A stretch of DNA of 61,799 bases, taken from assembly GCA_023382755.1 (NCBI GenBank), contig JAHDWR010000001.1, forward strand, positions 1-61,799, read 5' to 3'. The stretch is from Dehalococcoidia bacterium (lineage in GTDB: Bacteria > Chloroflexota > Dehalococcoidia > Tepidiformales > Tepidiformaceae). Below are positions 27,729 through 36,804 of the stretch, piece by piece; positions within the stretch are counted from its first letter, which is position 1, and each line of letters begins with the position of its first letter. Under the pieces are notes generated by a model. That model saw only the letters and a program-made list of their open reading frames with translations, was not told the DNA's origin and did no database searches. The position numbers and the translations under genes are program-made.

Positions 27729-28579
27729 GAGCCGTCCGCCTCTCCGTCGCCGCGCACCCAGTTCCTCCAGTTGCGCCCGTCGGCTCGGTATGCGAGCGGC
27801 CACTTGCTGACCGCCACAGCGTCCCAGCTCGTGAGCATCTCGAAGTCCCGCGCTTTGCCGTCCGCATGTTGTTGAGCGGCGTGACTCACCAGGCTTGCCG
27901 TGAGGTTGCCCGGCCCGGTCAGCGACTGCAGGTCACGGTTCGCTCTGTTTGCCGCGAGCAGGAGGGCCGTTGCGCGCTCCAGAGCTCTCGCTATCACCGG
28001 ATGCGCTGGCCCGGCGATGAGCGGGTTGTTGTTGACGTAGAAGATCCGCGCCGTGCCCGCGCTGTCCACTAGCGCACGCGCCACGTCGACCATCGAGTCC
28101 GACGCGATGTCGTAGCACAGTGGCTGGAGCCACAGTTGTCCGCTGCCAATCAGCGGCTCGACATCCGCTCCGCGATACTCGTCGTCGGCATCGACGTACA
28201 GTCCGCCGACTCGGAGCATAAAGCACAGCCGGAAGTAGTCAGCACGCATGGCGGGGTGGCTGCAGCGGGCGAAGGCCCGGACGTTCCGTTCGCTGAAGTG
28301 ATCCTCAATGAAGTGCCGCGCTGACGTGTCGTCGAACAGCGTCCGCTCGAATCCCGCAGCCTCAAGTTGTGCCCAGCTGTCCAGGCACTCCTGCACATCG
28401 TCGGGGATGGCTGAAGCGTCCCAGAACTGTACGAGTACCCGAGGCGTCGTGGGACGGCTGGCAACTTGGGATTCACCGCTCGACGCGGTGATGAGTTGTC
28501 GCATGAACTGCGACCTCAAGCTATCGTCTTCGGCGATTTCCGTGGGGGTGAGAGTTGGCGATGCTCGACGTGGGCTCAT
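27725..28579 (-). CDS. DXD-motif glycosyltransferase (OCH1/capsule-synthesis-like sugar-binding region)
   Basis: PRVLVQFWDASAIPDDVQECLDSWAQL and FRLCFMLRVGGLYVDADDEY. Confidence 0.65.
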   Translation of the reverse strand: MSPRRASPTLTPTEIAEDDSLRSQFMRQLITASSGESQVASRPTTPRVLVQFWDASAIPDDVQECLDSWAQLEAAGFERTLFDDTSARHFIEDHFSERNVRAFARCSHPAMRADYFRLCFMLRVGGLYVDADDEYRGADVEPLIGSGQLWLQPLCYDIASDSMVDVARALVDSAGTARIFYVNNNPLIAGPAHPVIARALERATALLLAANRANRDLQSLTGPGNLTASLVSHAAQQHADGKARDFEMLTSWDAVAVSKWPLAYRADGRNWRNWVRGDGEADGS

Positions 28580-28706
28580 TGTTTGGTGCGTGAGTATGCG
28601 GGCTCGGCCTGCGAGAAGCTCGCGCGCTCACAGATGAAGGAGGCAGTGCCAGAAAGTCGCTCGCAAGTTCGGCATCGCTCGCAACCGTGCGAGTAGCCGC
28701 TTGGCT

Positions 28707-31700
28707 TCACTCCCGCTCGAACCCCTGGCTCGTGAACTTCAGCGACCTGCTGTTCTCCGTCACCGTCCTCACGACGTTGTCAGGCGCGCCGTCCGGGATG
28801 TCGGCCTCTATCTCCAGTGTCACGCGGACGTCCGCGCCTACCAGCCCCACGAGGTGAGCGATGACTTCGTCGGCGATGCGGCTCGCGTCGCGACCGGCTC
28901 TGCTCGGGTCGAGTGATGCCGTGCCGTGGAAGCGCCTGGGCTTCGTCTCCGCCGGCGTCGCCGGACCACCGGTAGAAGTGGAGGTGCCAGGCGTACCCGG
29001 CCCGGAAGCGTGTCCGGCAGCGGCCGTCGCAGCGGCTCCCCCCTGTCCAGTCGCGCCGGCAGCCTTGGCGGCGTCCTCTTCGAGCTGGAGTTGCGCCCAT
29101 TCCGCGCGCACAAGCAGACCCGCGTCATTCTGGCGCGACACGTCGACCGCCTCCCCGCAGCGAAGGCCACGGTACCGGTTGCTCGCCTCATCGAAGCTCT
29201 CTGCATAGGCGAACGAGTCCTGCGTCCAGAGGAGCGTGCGAAGGCCGGAACGGATGGCTTCCAGCAAGACCTCGGGATCGCGCAGCCGTGGGAGATAGGT
29301 GTACTGCGCGAAGTCTTCGATGAGCTGGCGGATCGCAACGTGGTCGCCCCGCCAGAGCGGGATGTCGTCCAGGTACTTCTTCAGGACAGTGTGGCCGAGG
29401 CCGGTGATGAGCAACTCGTCGCTGCGCAGCTTTTTGCTGGCGCGTGCTGCCAGCCGGTCCTGTCCGGAGAGGCGGATGCTCTGCCACGTTACCGGCGCTG
29501 GGGGAATTGGTTGCACGGGCACCAGCAACCATTGATACGTCTCCGGGATGCGCGCATTCACGGCGCTGTCGCTGGCCGCCTTCTGGGTCTCTGCCTGCTT
29601 CACGCGGCTCGGATCCAATTCCAGTTGCACCCGCTCCGCGAGGATCGAGTCCCACGCGAGGAACCGCCGGGTTGCCTCGTCGAGGTCCTGGAGGCGAACT
29701 GCATCGGCGGCGAGGAACACAAGCGTATTGCGGTAGCCTCGTGGTGCGCTTCCGCGGCTTTCGAGGATAGCCTTGGCTGCATGCTCCGAGAGGTTGTTCT
29801 CCCGGCTGTAGCGGTGGTCGAGACCAAGAACCACCAGACGCGCGTCTGTATCGTCGGGCACGTCATAGCCGGACTGCGGAAACGGGTGGACGCGAGAGAA
29901 ATCGCCCTTGGAGCCGTTCTTCCGGTCATCCACATCCATCCGGATGCGTCGCTCGATCTCCTGCGAGACCTTGTCCGGCTCGCGCTTCAGCTGCTCTGCC
30001 CGATCCTCGGCCATCTTTGTGACCGTTGGCTGCGTGGAGTACCAATAGCGGTTGCCGTCCGCGTAGAGGTATGTCGCGGCAGCGCTCAGCCGCCGGAGCG
30101 CATCGCCGAAGATGGCCGGGGACTCGCCCGGCATCACGCACCCGAGTTTGATTCGCCGGTCTTCGATACCCCGATGTGCGGCCTCCGCCGTCGGCGCCGA
30201 GCCGAGGTAGATGGTCCGCGCGACACGGCGCGTTGCATGCGAGCGGCCCAGGTTCGGCACTTCGCCATCGATCCGCAATGGCAGCGCGTTGGACCCGTCC
30301 ACATCCCGCTCGATTACCGGCACCCAACCCTCCGGCAGGTAGCGTGTCAGCTCGAACTGCACCCGCGGGTCGTCGATGGGAATGTTGCAGGGCAGGATGA
30401 GCGGGTTGCGGTCGCCCTTCTCCCAGAGGCTATGGATGACCGCCGCCATCAGTCGCAGGACGCCTCGTGTGCGCTGGAACCTCACCAGCGTCGACCAATC
30501 GCCGTAGAGCCGATCGAACACCTCCGGGTGGATCGGGTAGGCATCCTTGGTTCGCCGCTCGTAGTCTGATTCGCGGCACTCGGGCGGGAATTCCTGATGC
30601 TGTGTGCGGTAGAGATCGGCGAAGGCGCGGGCCACCGTATCCCGGTCGGTAAACTTCTCCGGCCCTTCGAGAGACTGGAACAGGCGCCGGCGCACGATCT
30701 CGAAGCCCTCTTCGGCGCTGGCCGGACGCCATGACGATTCGACCCGGCCGATGACATTTTGGAGCCGCTGTAACGCCTCGCGGCCACGCTGACCGCCGAC
30801 TTCGATATCGTCCGCCTGCGCATGTGGGGAGGTGCCCGTGTCCGAAGCGGGCAGGCTGATGACGAGCAAGCAGTTCTCGGCCAGCTTCGCCGACTCGGTC
30901 AGTGCCTGCGCAAAGGTGAAGTGTGTATCGAAGTCGCCAGCCGGCAGATCCTTGGCGTCGTGGAGCTGGCGCGCGTAGGCAACCCACTCGTCGATGAGGA
31001 TGAGTGCCGGTCCGTACTCTTCGAGAAGCTCTCGCAGCCGGTCACCCGGGTTTGTGGCGTTCTCATCGTCGGCACGAATGCGGTCGAAGGCGGGACGTCC
31101 GCCCAGTTGCCAGGCGAGCTCGCCCCAGAGCGTCCGCACGACCGTCCCGTCCGGCTTCGTCGTGGGGTTACCCGGCGAGATCTTGTTGCCGACCAGCACG
31201 ACCGGCTTCGCTACTCGTGGCAGCTCGGTCACGCCGGCATCCGCCATGACCGCATCGATCCCCGCGAGCTCGCTCGGCTTCGCGCCGGAGAAGAGGTGGA
31301 AGAGCGCGAGCATCGAGTGAGTCTTGCCTCCGCCGAAGTTTGTTTGGAGCTGGACGACAGGGTCGCTACCGTTGCCCGAGAGGCGCAGGATCGCGCCCGT
31401 GAGCATCTGCTTGAGGCTCACCGTCAGATACGTGCGGCGGAAGAACTCGACCGGGTTCCTGTAGTCGTCGGAGCCTTCGCCGAGGTGGACCTGCCAGAGG
31501 TCGGCGGCGAACTCGGCCTGTTGGTAGCGCCCCGAGGCCACGTCCGGGTGTGGTGTCACCACGTCCCGCCACGGCTTGAGGTTGCTGATTGCCTGTGTTT
31601 CGACGACCGTTCCGGCCGAGCGCCGCTGCTGGCTGCGGACCTGCTCATCGAAGCGGACGCGCTGCAGCTCCATCGACATTTTCTCGACTTCTTCGGCCTG

Positions 31701-32075
31701 CGAGGCTGAAACAGCGGTAAGGAGCCGAGAAGCGGAGTCGAGCGCCCGGTAGGTGTCATTGCCCGAGAAAGCGTTCTGATGCGCCCATTTGTTCCGGATG
31801 TCGATGAGCTCGTTGACGAGGCTGCGTTCCGCCCTTCCCAGCGTGAGCCGGAAAACCTCGCCCCAGAGGCGGTCCATCACGACCAGCAGCACCGCGATGT
31901 CATTGAGTGGGTCGGCCCGGTCGCCGCCAAGGCGCGTGTCACTGAGGATGTCGCGGATCTGGTCGGCGGCGCTGCCGCTGTAGCGGGACTTCACCTCGCG
32001 CTCCACAAAGGGCCGCAGGCCATCCCGCAACAGGTCCAGCGCTTTGCCGACGCGCTCAGTGTTCGTGATGGCCAT
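28707..32075 (-). CDS. Swt1-type HEPN domain fused to a DUF499 (BrxC/PglY-like) P-loop ATPase
   Basis: HEPN LVNELIDIRNKWAHQNAF (R-x4-H). P-loop QLQTNFGGGKTHSMLALFHLF. Walker B-like PALILIDEWVAYARQL. Size 1122 aa. Confidence 0.8.
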   Translation of the reverse strand: MAITNTERVGKALDLLRDGLRPFVEREVKSRYSGSAADQIRDILSDTRLGGDRADPLNDIAVLLVVMDRLWGEVFRLTLGRAERSLVNELIDIRNKWAHQNAFSGNDTYRALDSASRLLTAVSASQAEEVEKMSMELQRVRFDEQVRSQQRRSAGTVVETQAISNLKPWRDVVTPHPDVASGRYQQAEFAADLWQVHLGEGSDDYRNPVEFFRRTYLTVSLKQMLTGAILRLSGNGSDPVVQLQTNFGGGKTHSMLALFHLFSGAKPSELAGIDAVMADAGVTELPRVAKPVVLVGNKISPGNPTTKPDGTVVRTLWGELAWQLGGRPAFDRIRADDENATNPGDRLRELLEEYGPALILIDEWVAYARQLHDAKDLPAGDFDTHFTFAQALTESAKLAENCLLVISLPASDTGTSPHAQADDIEVGGQRGREALQRLQNVIGRVESSWRPASAEEGFEIVRRRLFQSLEGPEKFTDRDTVARAFADLYRTQHQEFPPECRESDYERRTKDAYPIHPEVFDRLYGDWSTLVRFQRTRGVLRLMAAVIHSLWEKGDRNPLILPCNIPIDDPRVQFELTRYLPEGWVPVIERDVDGSNALPLRIDGEVPNLGRSHATRRVARTIYLGSAPTAEAAHRGIEDRRIKLGCVMPGESPAIFGDALRRLSAAATYLYADGNRYWYSTQPTVTKMAEDRAEQLKREPDKVSQEIERRIRMDVDDRKNGSKGDFSRVHPFPQSGYDVPDDTDARLVVLGLDHRYSRENNLSEHAAKAILESRGSAPRGYRNTLVFLAADAVRLQDLDEATRRFLAWDSILAERVQLELDPSRVKQAETQKAASDSAVNARIPETYQWLLVPVQPIPPAPVTWQSIRLSGQDRLAARASKKLRSDELLITGLGHTVLKKYLDDIPLWRGDHVAIRQLIEDFAQYTYLPRLRDPEVLLEAIRSGLRTLLWTQDSFAYAESFDEASNRYRGLRCGEAVDVSRQNDAGLLVRAEWAQLQLEEDAAKAAGATGQGGAAATAAAGHASGPGTPGTSTSTGGPATPAETKPRRFHGTASLDPSRAGRDASRIADEVIAHLVGLVGADVRVTLEIEADIPDGAPDNVVRTVTENSRSLKFTSQGFERE

Positions 32076-32079
32076 GGTG

Positions 32080-35000
32080 CTACTCCTCGCCGATCAATCG
32101 CGGCTGTTGGGCCTTGGTAAGAAGCGCCTCCCGTGCGAAATGCGCGATCTCCGGCCAGCCGAGGACTAGGGCGTTGTACGCTTGGGCTTCGGCCGAACGC
32201 TTCTTCTTTTCGCAGATGTCGAACAGCCGGTATGCAAGCTCCCGCGCGATCTCGGCATGACTTCCCATCTGAGCGAGGAGGCGCCCTGCTTCCTCGTCAC
32301 CTGACTTCTCATGGTAGTAGACCCGCACCAGCTGATGTGTCATCTCCCAGATGGTAAGCCGCTTGTCGGTCGTGGGGTCCCAGGTCGAAGACAGCTCGTC
32401 CGGCCGCAAGAGCCGGACCTTTCCTCCCTTCGACTGGATTACGCCAGCCTGCTGTAGCCCCGAGACTGACGTCACCTTCGCCTTGCTCAGCAGTTCCGCC
32501 TCACCGAAATCGCCCTCGGCAAATCCCTTCTGCTCGAACCACGAGATTGCCCAGCGCGTGTCTCCATCAAAGTCGTCTTCCTGCTCCGACAACACTTCAG
32601 TGAGAGTCTGGTTGATGAGGGAGAGGGCCGCTCGGACGCTCATGGGCTTGCCGCTACTCTCGAGCACCCGCGAATACTGCGAATAGACCGCCATCCCCGG
32701 CCCGATGGCCGCTTGCGCAAAGTCGACGGGGGCAATGTTGCCCTGCTGGAGGTGGCGAAGGGCTCCGGGGAGCTCGTGCTTTAGTTCCGCGACGAAGGAT
32801 CGCCGATCTGCCTGAGGTGCTGAGTCGCTGCGCGGCCGGCAGGCAAGCACGATGTAAGACGCGAGAGCGTTGGCCCCCATAGAGACCATGCGCCACTTCT
32901 GAGATGCCCTGATCGGCCATGTCGCGGTGATCTGGAATTCGGCCGACAGGAGCGCTTCGAGCAACGTCTCCCACCCAGTGATAGAGTCCACAGATTCAAC
33001 CGGGTCCTGCTCATCGATGGTCCCAGAATCCTCGTCCTCCTGTTTGAACGCGTAATAGACTGTCAGCGGGAAGCGTGTGTCTATGCGCTCCCGAAGCGCC
33101 GTGAAAGCAGCACGAAATCCACGCTCGAAGTGCTGCTTCGCCTTCTCGCGGCTTCCTTCGAACCTGTCTGGTGACGCTATAAGCTCGGCCACCTTGGGCG
33201 TGAACAGAGTATTGAAAAGGTCGGCATGTATGTCCCACAGTGTGCGCCTCATCCAGACATAGAAGAAGTCGGATAGCGTCGCATAGCTGATATTGTTGTA
33301 GTATGGCGGATCCGTGCTCACCATAAGCCCAGGAGCCTCACTGATATCGGTTGAGGCATCAAGCTGAGTGGCTACGCCACGTACGGATCCAACACCGAGC
33401 GTCGTGATGCAGTCTGCAACGTATTCTGAGCATGTCGTCCAACCGCCAACGGAGTCTCCCAGCAAGTTCGCCTCGCCATAGTCGAAAACCATTGGAAGAG
33501 CTTGACGGCCAAATAGATTCATGATCTTTTCATTGCTCGAATTCCATCGACACAGGCTGTTGTTGAAATCGGTGCAACGGTCGAGCGCGAACGCCAAGTA
33601 GGTTGAAATGGTCGCAGCATAGCTTGCGGCCAAGTCGGAGGAGTGTCCGCTTGCTAGCGCGTCGGAGCGCACTTGAGGACTAACCTCTCTGATGAGGTCA
33701 CTTATCGCCAGAAGCGTGGTTAGTTGTCTATCGGAGAAGAGGTGGCCCCACGTTCTCAGGCCGTATGCCGTGCAAACCCCGCCGGTGATTTCGGCACGCG
33801 TTGGAAGTGACCCAGCCAGAAACGTGTCCCGCGCTTCCTGAATCGTATCGCTCTCGCAGGCGGCGGCTAGTTCATGGTTAGAAGGCGCGTCAGCGTAGAG
33901 CTTCCCTCGGGTTCCTTCCGCGACGACGGCCACCAGCCGTCGTCGCAGCCTGCCGGCTTTCCCCTCGGATTGGATGTACGAACGGGGGATGGGCGTGTTG
34001 GTCAGAAGACATCGGAAGTCTTGGCCCTTGCCCGCCTTGGTACCCAATCGAGCCGGGCCGAGTCGCTCGGGTGGCAACGTCCCGGCCTTCACGCACATCC
34101 GCCATCCGTCTGGCGCAGACGCGTCGAGCTGGGGTTCAAGCCATGACATGTTTCGCGGCTTCGTCGACAGCATGAAGCTTGAGAGGAGCGGGACGTGCTT
34201 GCCCCGAGCGGCCGGGTTCGGACTGGCGACAGTCCTAGCCCAAATCCATGCAATGACCTTGGTCGTGCCACGCGCTTGCCCGTCGGGGAGCTCAAGACGG
34301 GGATACAGATGCCCAACCAGACTCGTGGCCCGCTCCCGTATAAGGCGGCTGTAATACCGAACGTCTGCCGCGAGACCATGAGTGCCGCGCCAGCTCACGC
34401 CTGCTAGTGTCTTCCCATCACTTGGGTTGACCGGCGCACAATTTAACCACCGGGGTGCAAGCTCCAGGTTCGATCTATTCAGCACCACGGCTACGGGATT
34501 CAAGTCTCCGGCAATGGCTTCCAGGCCAAGACGGTTCGCCTCGAGTGGGATCGATCCACCCCCAGCGAATGGGTCAAAAACCCGTGGAAGTGCACCACTA
34601 GCGTGCTGGAGGACTTCCTTGCGTGCTTCCGCATAGACCTCCGGATGCTCGTGCAGCTTTTTCCCCATCATCTCGCGTAATACCGCGAAGAGGCGTTCGC
34701 GTTCCTGGTCCTGCAAGTCCTCCGTAGGCCACTTTTCGGGGTGACCACTTGGATCATCGACGAGGGATGCGAATAGCACGGCGCGGGCTGCGGGCAAAGG
34801 TAGCCTTGCCCACCAGTGATGCACGCCCTTGGGGTGTGGCCCAATTCCGGGCATCTTGTCGTAGGCCGAGGCGTCGTTGATCTCGGGAAGCGGGAGCGCC
34901 ACCTCGATCAGCTTCTTGCGGGTGATGGTCATGTCGGGCGTATCTCCAGCGATCGGCGTGGCTCCCACGCGAGGTGTCGGGCTTGGACTCTTGCGAGCGA

Positions 35001-35664
35001 CGACCGCGGCAGGCGCTGCGGCTAGCGGCTGTTGGACCGGTCGTAGCCTGGCGGCCGGCGCCACGACCATCGGGCCGCGCTCCGCGTGTACCTGCATCGG
35101 CTCGATCAGCCGTCCGCAGAGCGCGAAGTTTTGCAGGCCGGGTGGCACCACGATGCTACCGGCGGAGAGCTTTCCAGACTCCAAGTCATCTCGGAGTTCA
35201 CGTAGCAGTCGCCCGAGGACGTTCGCGCCAACAAGTGTCCCATCAGGCTGCGGCTTGGCTCCCCAGAACTCGTCCCGCCGAGACTCCTCGACGATGGCGC
35301 CATCTCCTGTCGCCAAGAGCAGTCGGCCGAAGCTCTCCGGGTGCTGCGCGAGCTTCACTCGCAGCGCCCACCGCATGATGGTGATGCGGACTTCGTCCCA
35401 GTCGGGTCGCGTGTCCTTGCGATGCGGCTTGGTCCGCATCTTCGCCGTCATCGGGCTCGCTTCGGCGAGGACGATCCGCTGGAGCTCTGGCCTGTGCGGG
35501 AAACGGCACGCCTGGTACAGAGCCTCGGAGGTCCGGATGCGAATCCCGTTGAGCTCCAGCGGGAATCCGGCCGCCATGTTGGAAAGGCCTCCGAACCGCT
35601 CGGTGGTCTTGCGGAAGACTGCGCACTCTTCGCGCCGGTAGGTCCTGGTGCCGGGATCTTTCAC
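32080..35664 (-). CDS. NADAR (YbiA-like N-glycosidase) domain fused through a Pro/Ala linker to a DUF1156-type DNA methyltransferase
   Basis: NADAR FGGLSNMAAGFPLELNGIRIRTSEALYQACRF...RPDWDEVRITIMRWALRVKLAQHP...EESRRDEFWGAK. DUF1156 N-terminus MTITRKKLIEVALPLPEINDASAYDKMPGIGPHPKGVHHWWARLP. AdoMet motif RVFDPFAGGGSIPLEA. Catalytic motif MVSTDPPYYNNISY. Start proposed at GTG 35664, overlapping the upstream TGA (GTGA); the track ORF begins at 35760. Confidence 0.8.
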   Translation of the reverse strand: MKDPGTRTYRREECAVFRKTTERFGGLSNMAAGFPLELNGIRIRTSEALYQACRFPHRPELQRIVLAEASPMTAKMRTKPHRKDTRPDWDEVRITIMRWALRVKLAQHPESFGRLLLATGDGAIVEESRRDEFWGAKPQPDGTLVGANVLGRLLRELRDDLESGKLSAGSIVVPPGLQNFALCGRLIEPMQVHAERGPMVVAPAARLRPVQQPLAAAPAAVVARKSPSPTPRVGATPIAGDTPDMTITRKKLIEVALPLPEINDASAYDKMPGIGPHPKGVHHWWARLPLPAARAVLFASLVDDPSGHPEKWPTEDLQDQERERLFAVLREMMGKKLHEHPEVYAEARKEVLQHASGALPRVFDPFAGGGSIPLEANRLGLEAIAGDLNPVAVVLNRSNLELAPRWLNCAPVNPSDGKTLAGVSWRGTHGLAADVRYYSRLIRERATSLVGHLYPRLELPDGQARGTTKVIAWIWARTVASPNPAARGKHVPLLSSFMLSTKPRNMSWLEPQLDASAPDGWRMCVKAGTLPPERLGPARLGTKAGKGQDFRCLLTNTPIPRSYIQSEGKAGRLRRRLVAVVAEGTRGKLYADAPSNHELAAACESDTIQEARDTFLAGSLPTRAEITGGVCTAYGLRTWGHLFSDRQLTTLLAISDLIREVSPQVRSDALASGHSSDLAASYAATISTYLAFALDRCTDFNNSLCRWNSSNEKIMNLFGRQALPMVFDYGEANLLGDSVGGWTTCSEYVADCITTLGVGSVRGVATQLDASTDISEAPGLMVSTDPPYYNNISYATLSDFFYVWMRRTLWDIHADLFNTLFTPKVAELIASPDRFEGSREKAKQHFERGFRAAFTALRERIDTRFPLTVYYAFKQEDEDSGTIDEQDPVESVDSITGWETLLEALLSAEFQITATWPIRASQKWRMVSMGANALASYIVLACRPRSDSAPQADRRSFVAELKHELPGALRHLQQGNIAPVDFAQAAIGPGMAVYSQYSRVLESSGKPMSVRAALSLINQTLTEVLSEQEDDFDGDTRWAISWFEQKGFAEGDFGEAELLSKAKVTSVSGLQQAGVIQSKGGKVRLLRPDELSSTWDPTTDKRLTIWEMTHQLVRVYYHEKSGDEEAGRLLAQMGSHAEIARELAYRLFDICEKKKRSAEAQAYNALVLGWPEIAHFAREALLTKAQQPRLIGEE

Positions 35665-36695
35665 AGGTCGTCCAGAAAGGCGCTCAGGTCGAATCCCTCG
35701 TCGACCGGGCGGACATTCGTCCGACGGGGAAACAAGGGGTACCAGGGGTCGCCTGCCCATAGTGCCAAAGGCGCGTTGTTCGGGCAGTTGCGGTAGGTGA
35801 CCAGAAGCGAGCCGAAACCAAGGCTCTGGAGAACCATGTTCCCCAGCGGCCGCTGATACTCGTTCAGGTGCGGGGATTGCTCCCTGATCCGAAGGCCCGC
35901 AGTCAAGAACTCGCGCTCTAGGAGCGCGCGCCCCTCCTCATCTGTAAAGAAGCCGGCGGGCCCCACGCCGGCCGCCGTCCTGTACACCGGCTGGTAAGTC
36001 AGTGCTGCGACGTACCCCCGAGCGAGAGGGTCGTCTAGAAGCTCCCGCGGGCGAAGCACGTCGCAGGCGTTGATGTACGCCTTCCGGTCCTCGATGGCGA
36101 GGCAGCGCCACCAGTCCACCGCCAAATCGACGCCCCTCGCCGCTGCCGCCTTCTTGATTTCCGTTTCGGCGTAGTAGCGGCCGCCTTCATGCCACGCGAT
36201 GACGATGACAACCAGTTTGGCCGGTCCTGGCGGCAGTCCGGCGAGCCACCCAGTTACGTCATTCTTGAGGCGGTTGCCTGTGAAGATGCCGTCGTCAAGG
36301 TACACGTACGCACTCGGTGTCTCGCCGCACGATTCCACCGCCAATCCGCACTCGTCCCTGAGACGCTGGTCGAACAAGGTAAGCAGGTCGTGCTGACTGC
36401 TGCCGCCCTGTTGAATGTCGAGGACCCGGATCCCGCGCCAGAAATCGGCCGCCTGGCCGCCGGTGAGTCGCTCGTGAACCACGAGCTTTGCCAGGAATTC
36501 GCTGACGTTGTCGCGCGTGATGTACGTCTTGTCGAGCACATGGTTGAGCTCTCTGAGGATGGGGACCCGGACCGCCCGATCGAACTGACTCACCCAGCGG
36601 TCGACGTGCTCTGGGGTGGGTCGATCGATCTCGCCGTCGCGGTAGTCCGCGATGGTTGTTGCGATGGATTGGAGCAGGTCGTCTCGTTCGGCCAC
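35661..36695 (-). CDS. Phosphoribosyltransferase (PRTase)-like protein of unknown function
   Basis: PRPP-loop-like SAYVYLDDGIFTGNRL (hydrophobic-DD-xxx-TG). Helical N-domain and conserved-looking C-terminus GFGSLLVTYRNCPNNAPLALW. GTG start at 36695 with GAGGGGA upstream. Confidence 0.5.
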   Translation of the reverse strand: MAERDDLLQSIATTIADYRDGEIDRPTPEHVDRWVSQFDRAVRVPILRELNHVLDKTYITRDNVSEFLAKLVVHERLTGGQAADFWRGIRVLDIQQGGSSQHDLLTLFDQRLRDECGLAVESCGETPSAYVYLDDGIFTGNRLKNDVTGWLAGLPPGPAKLVVIVIAWHEGGRYYAETEIKKAAAARGVDLAVDWWRCLAIEDRKAYINACDVLRPRELLDDPLARGYVAALTYQPVYRTAAGVGPAGFFTDEEGRALLEREFLTAGLRIREQSPHLNEYQRPLGNMVLQSLGFGSLLVTYRNCPNNAPLALWAGDPWYPLFPRRTNVRPVDEGFDLSAFLDDL

Positions 36696-36804
36696 GATTT
36701 CGTCCCCTCAGGTTGGCTACGTCGGCTCCCCTGCCAGCGTGAGCAGCTGTCGGAAGTGGTCCTTCATGAAGGAGCGCTCGTGGTCAGGCTTGGTGGGCTC
36801 CGAA

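Noticed and set aside
32080-35760. The track start of the methylase ORF at 35760
   Set aside because: It would overlap the PRTase-like gene by 100 nt. An in-frame GTG at 35664 forms a GTGA stop/start overlap and still includes the whole NADAR block. The exact start remains unproven.
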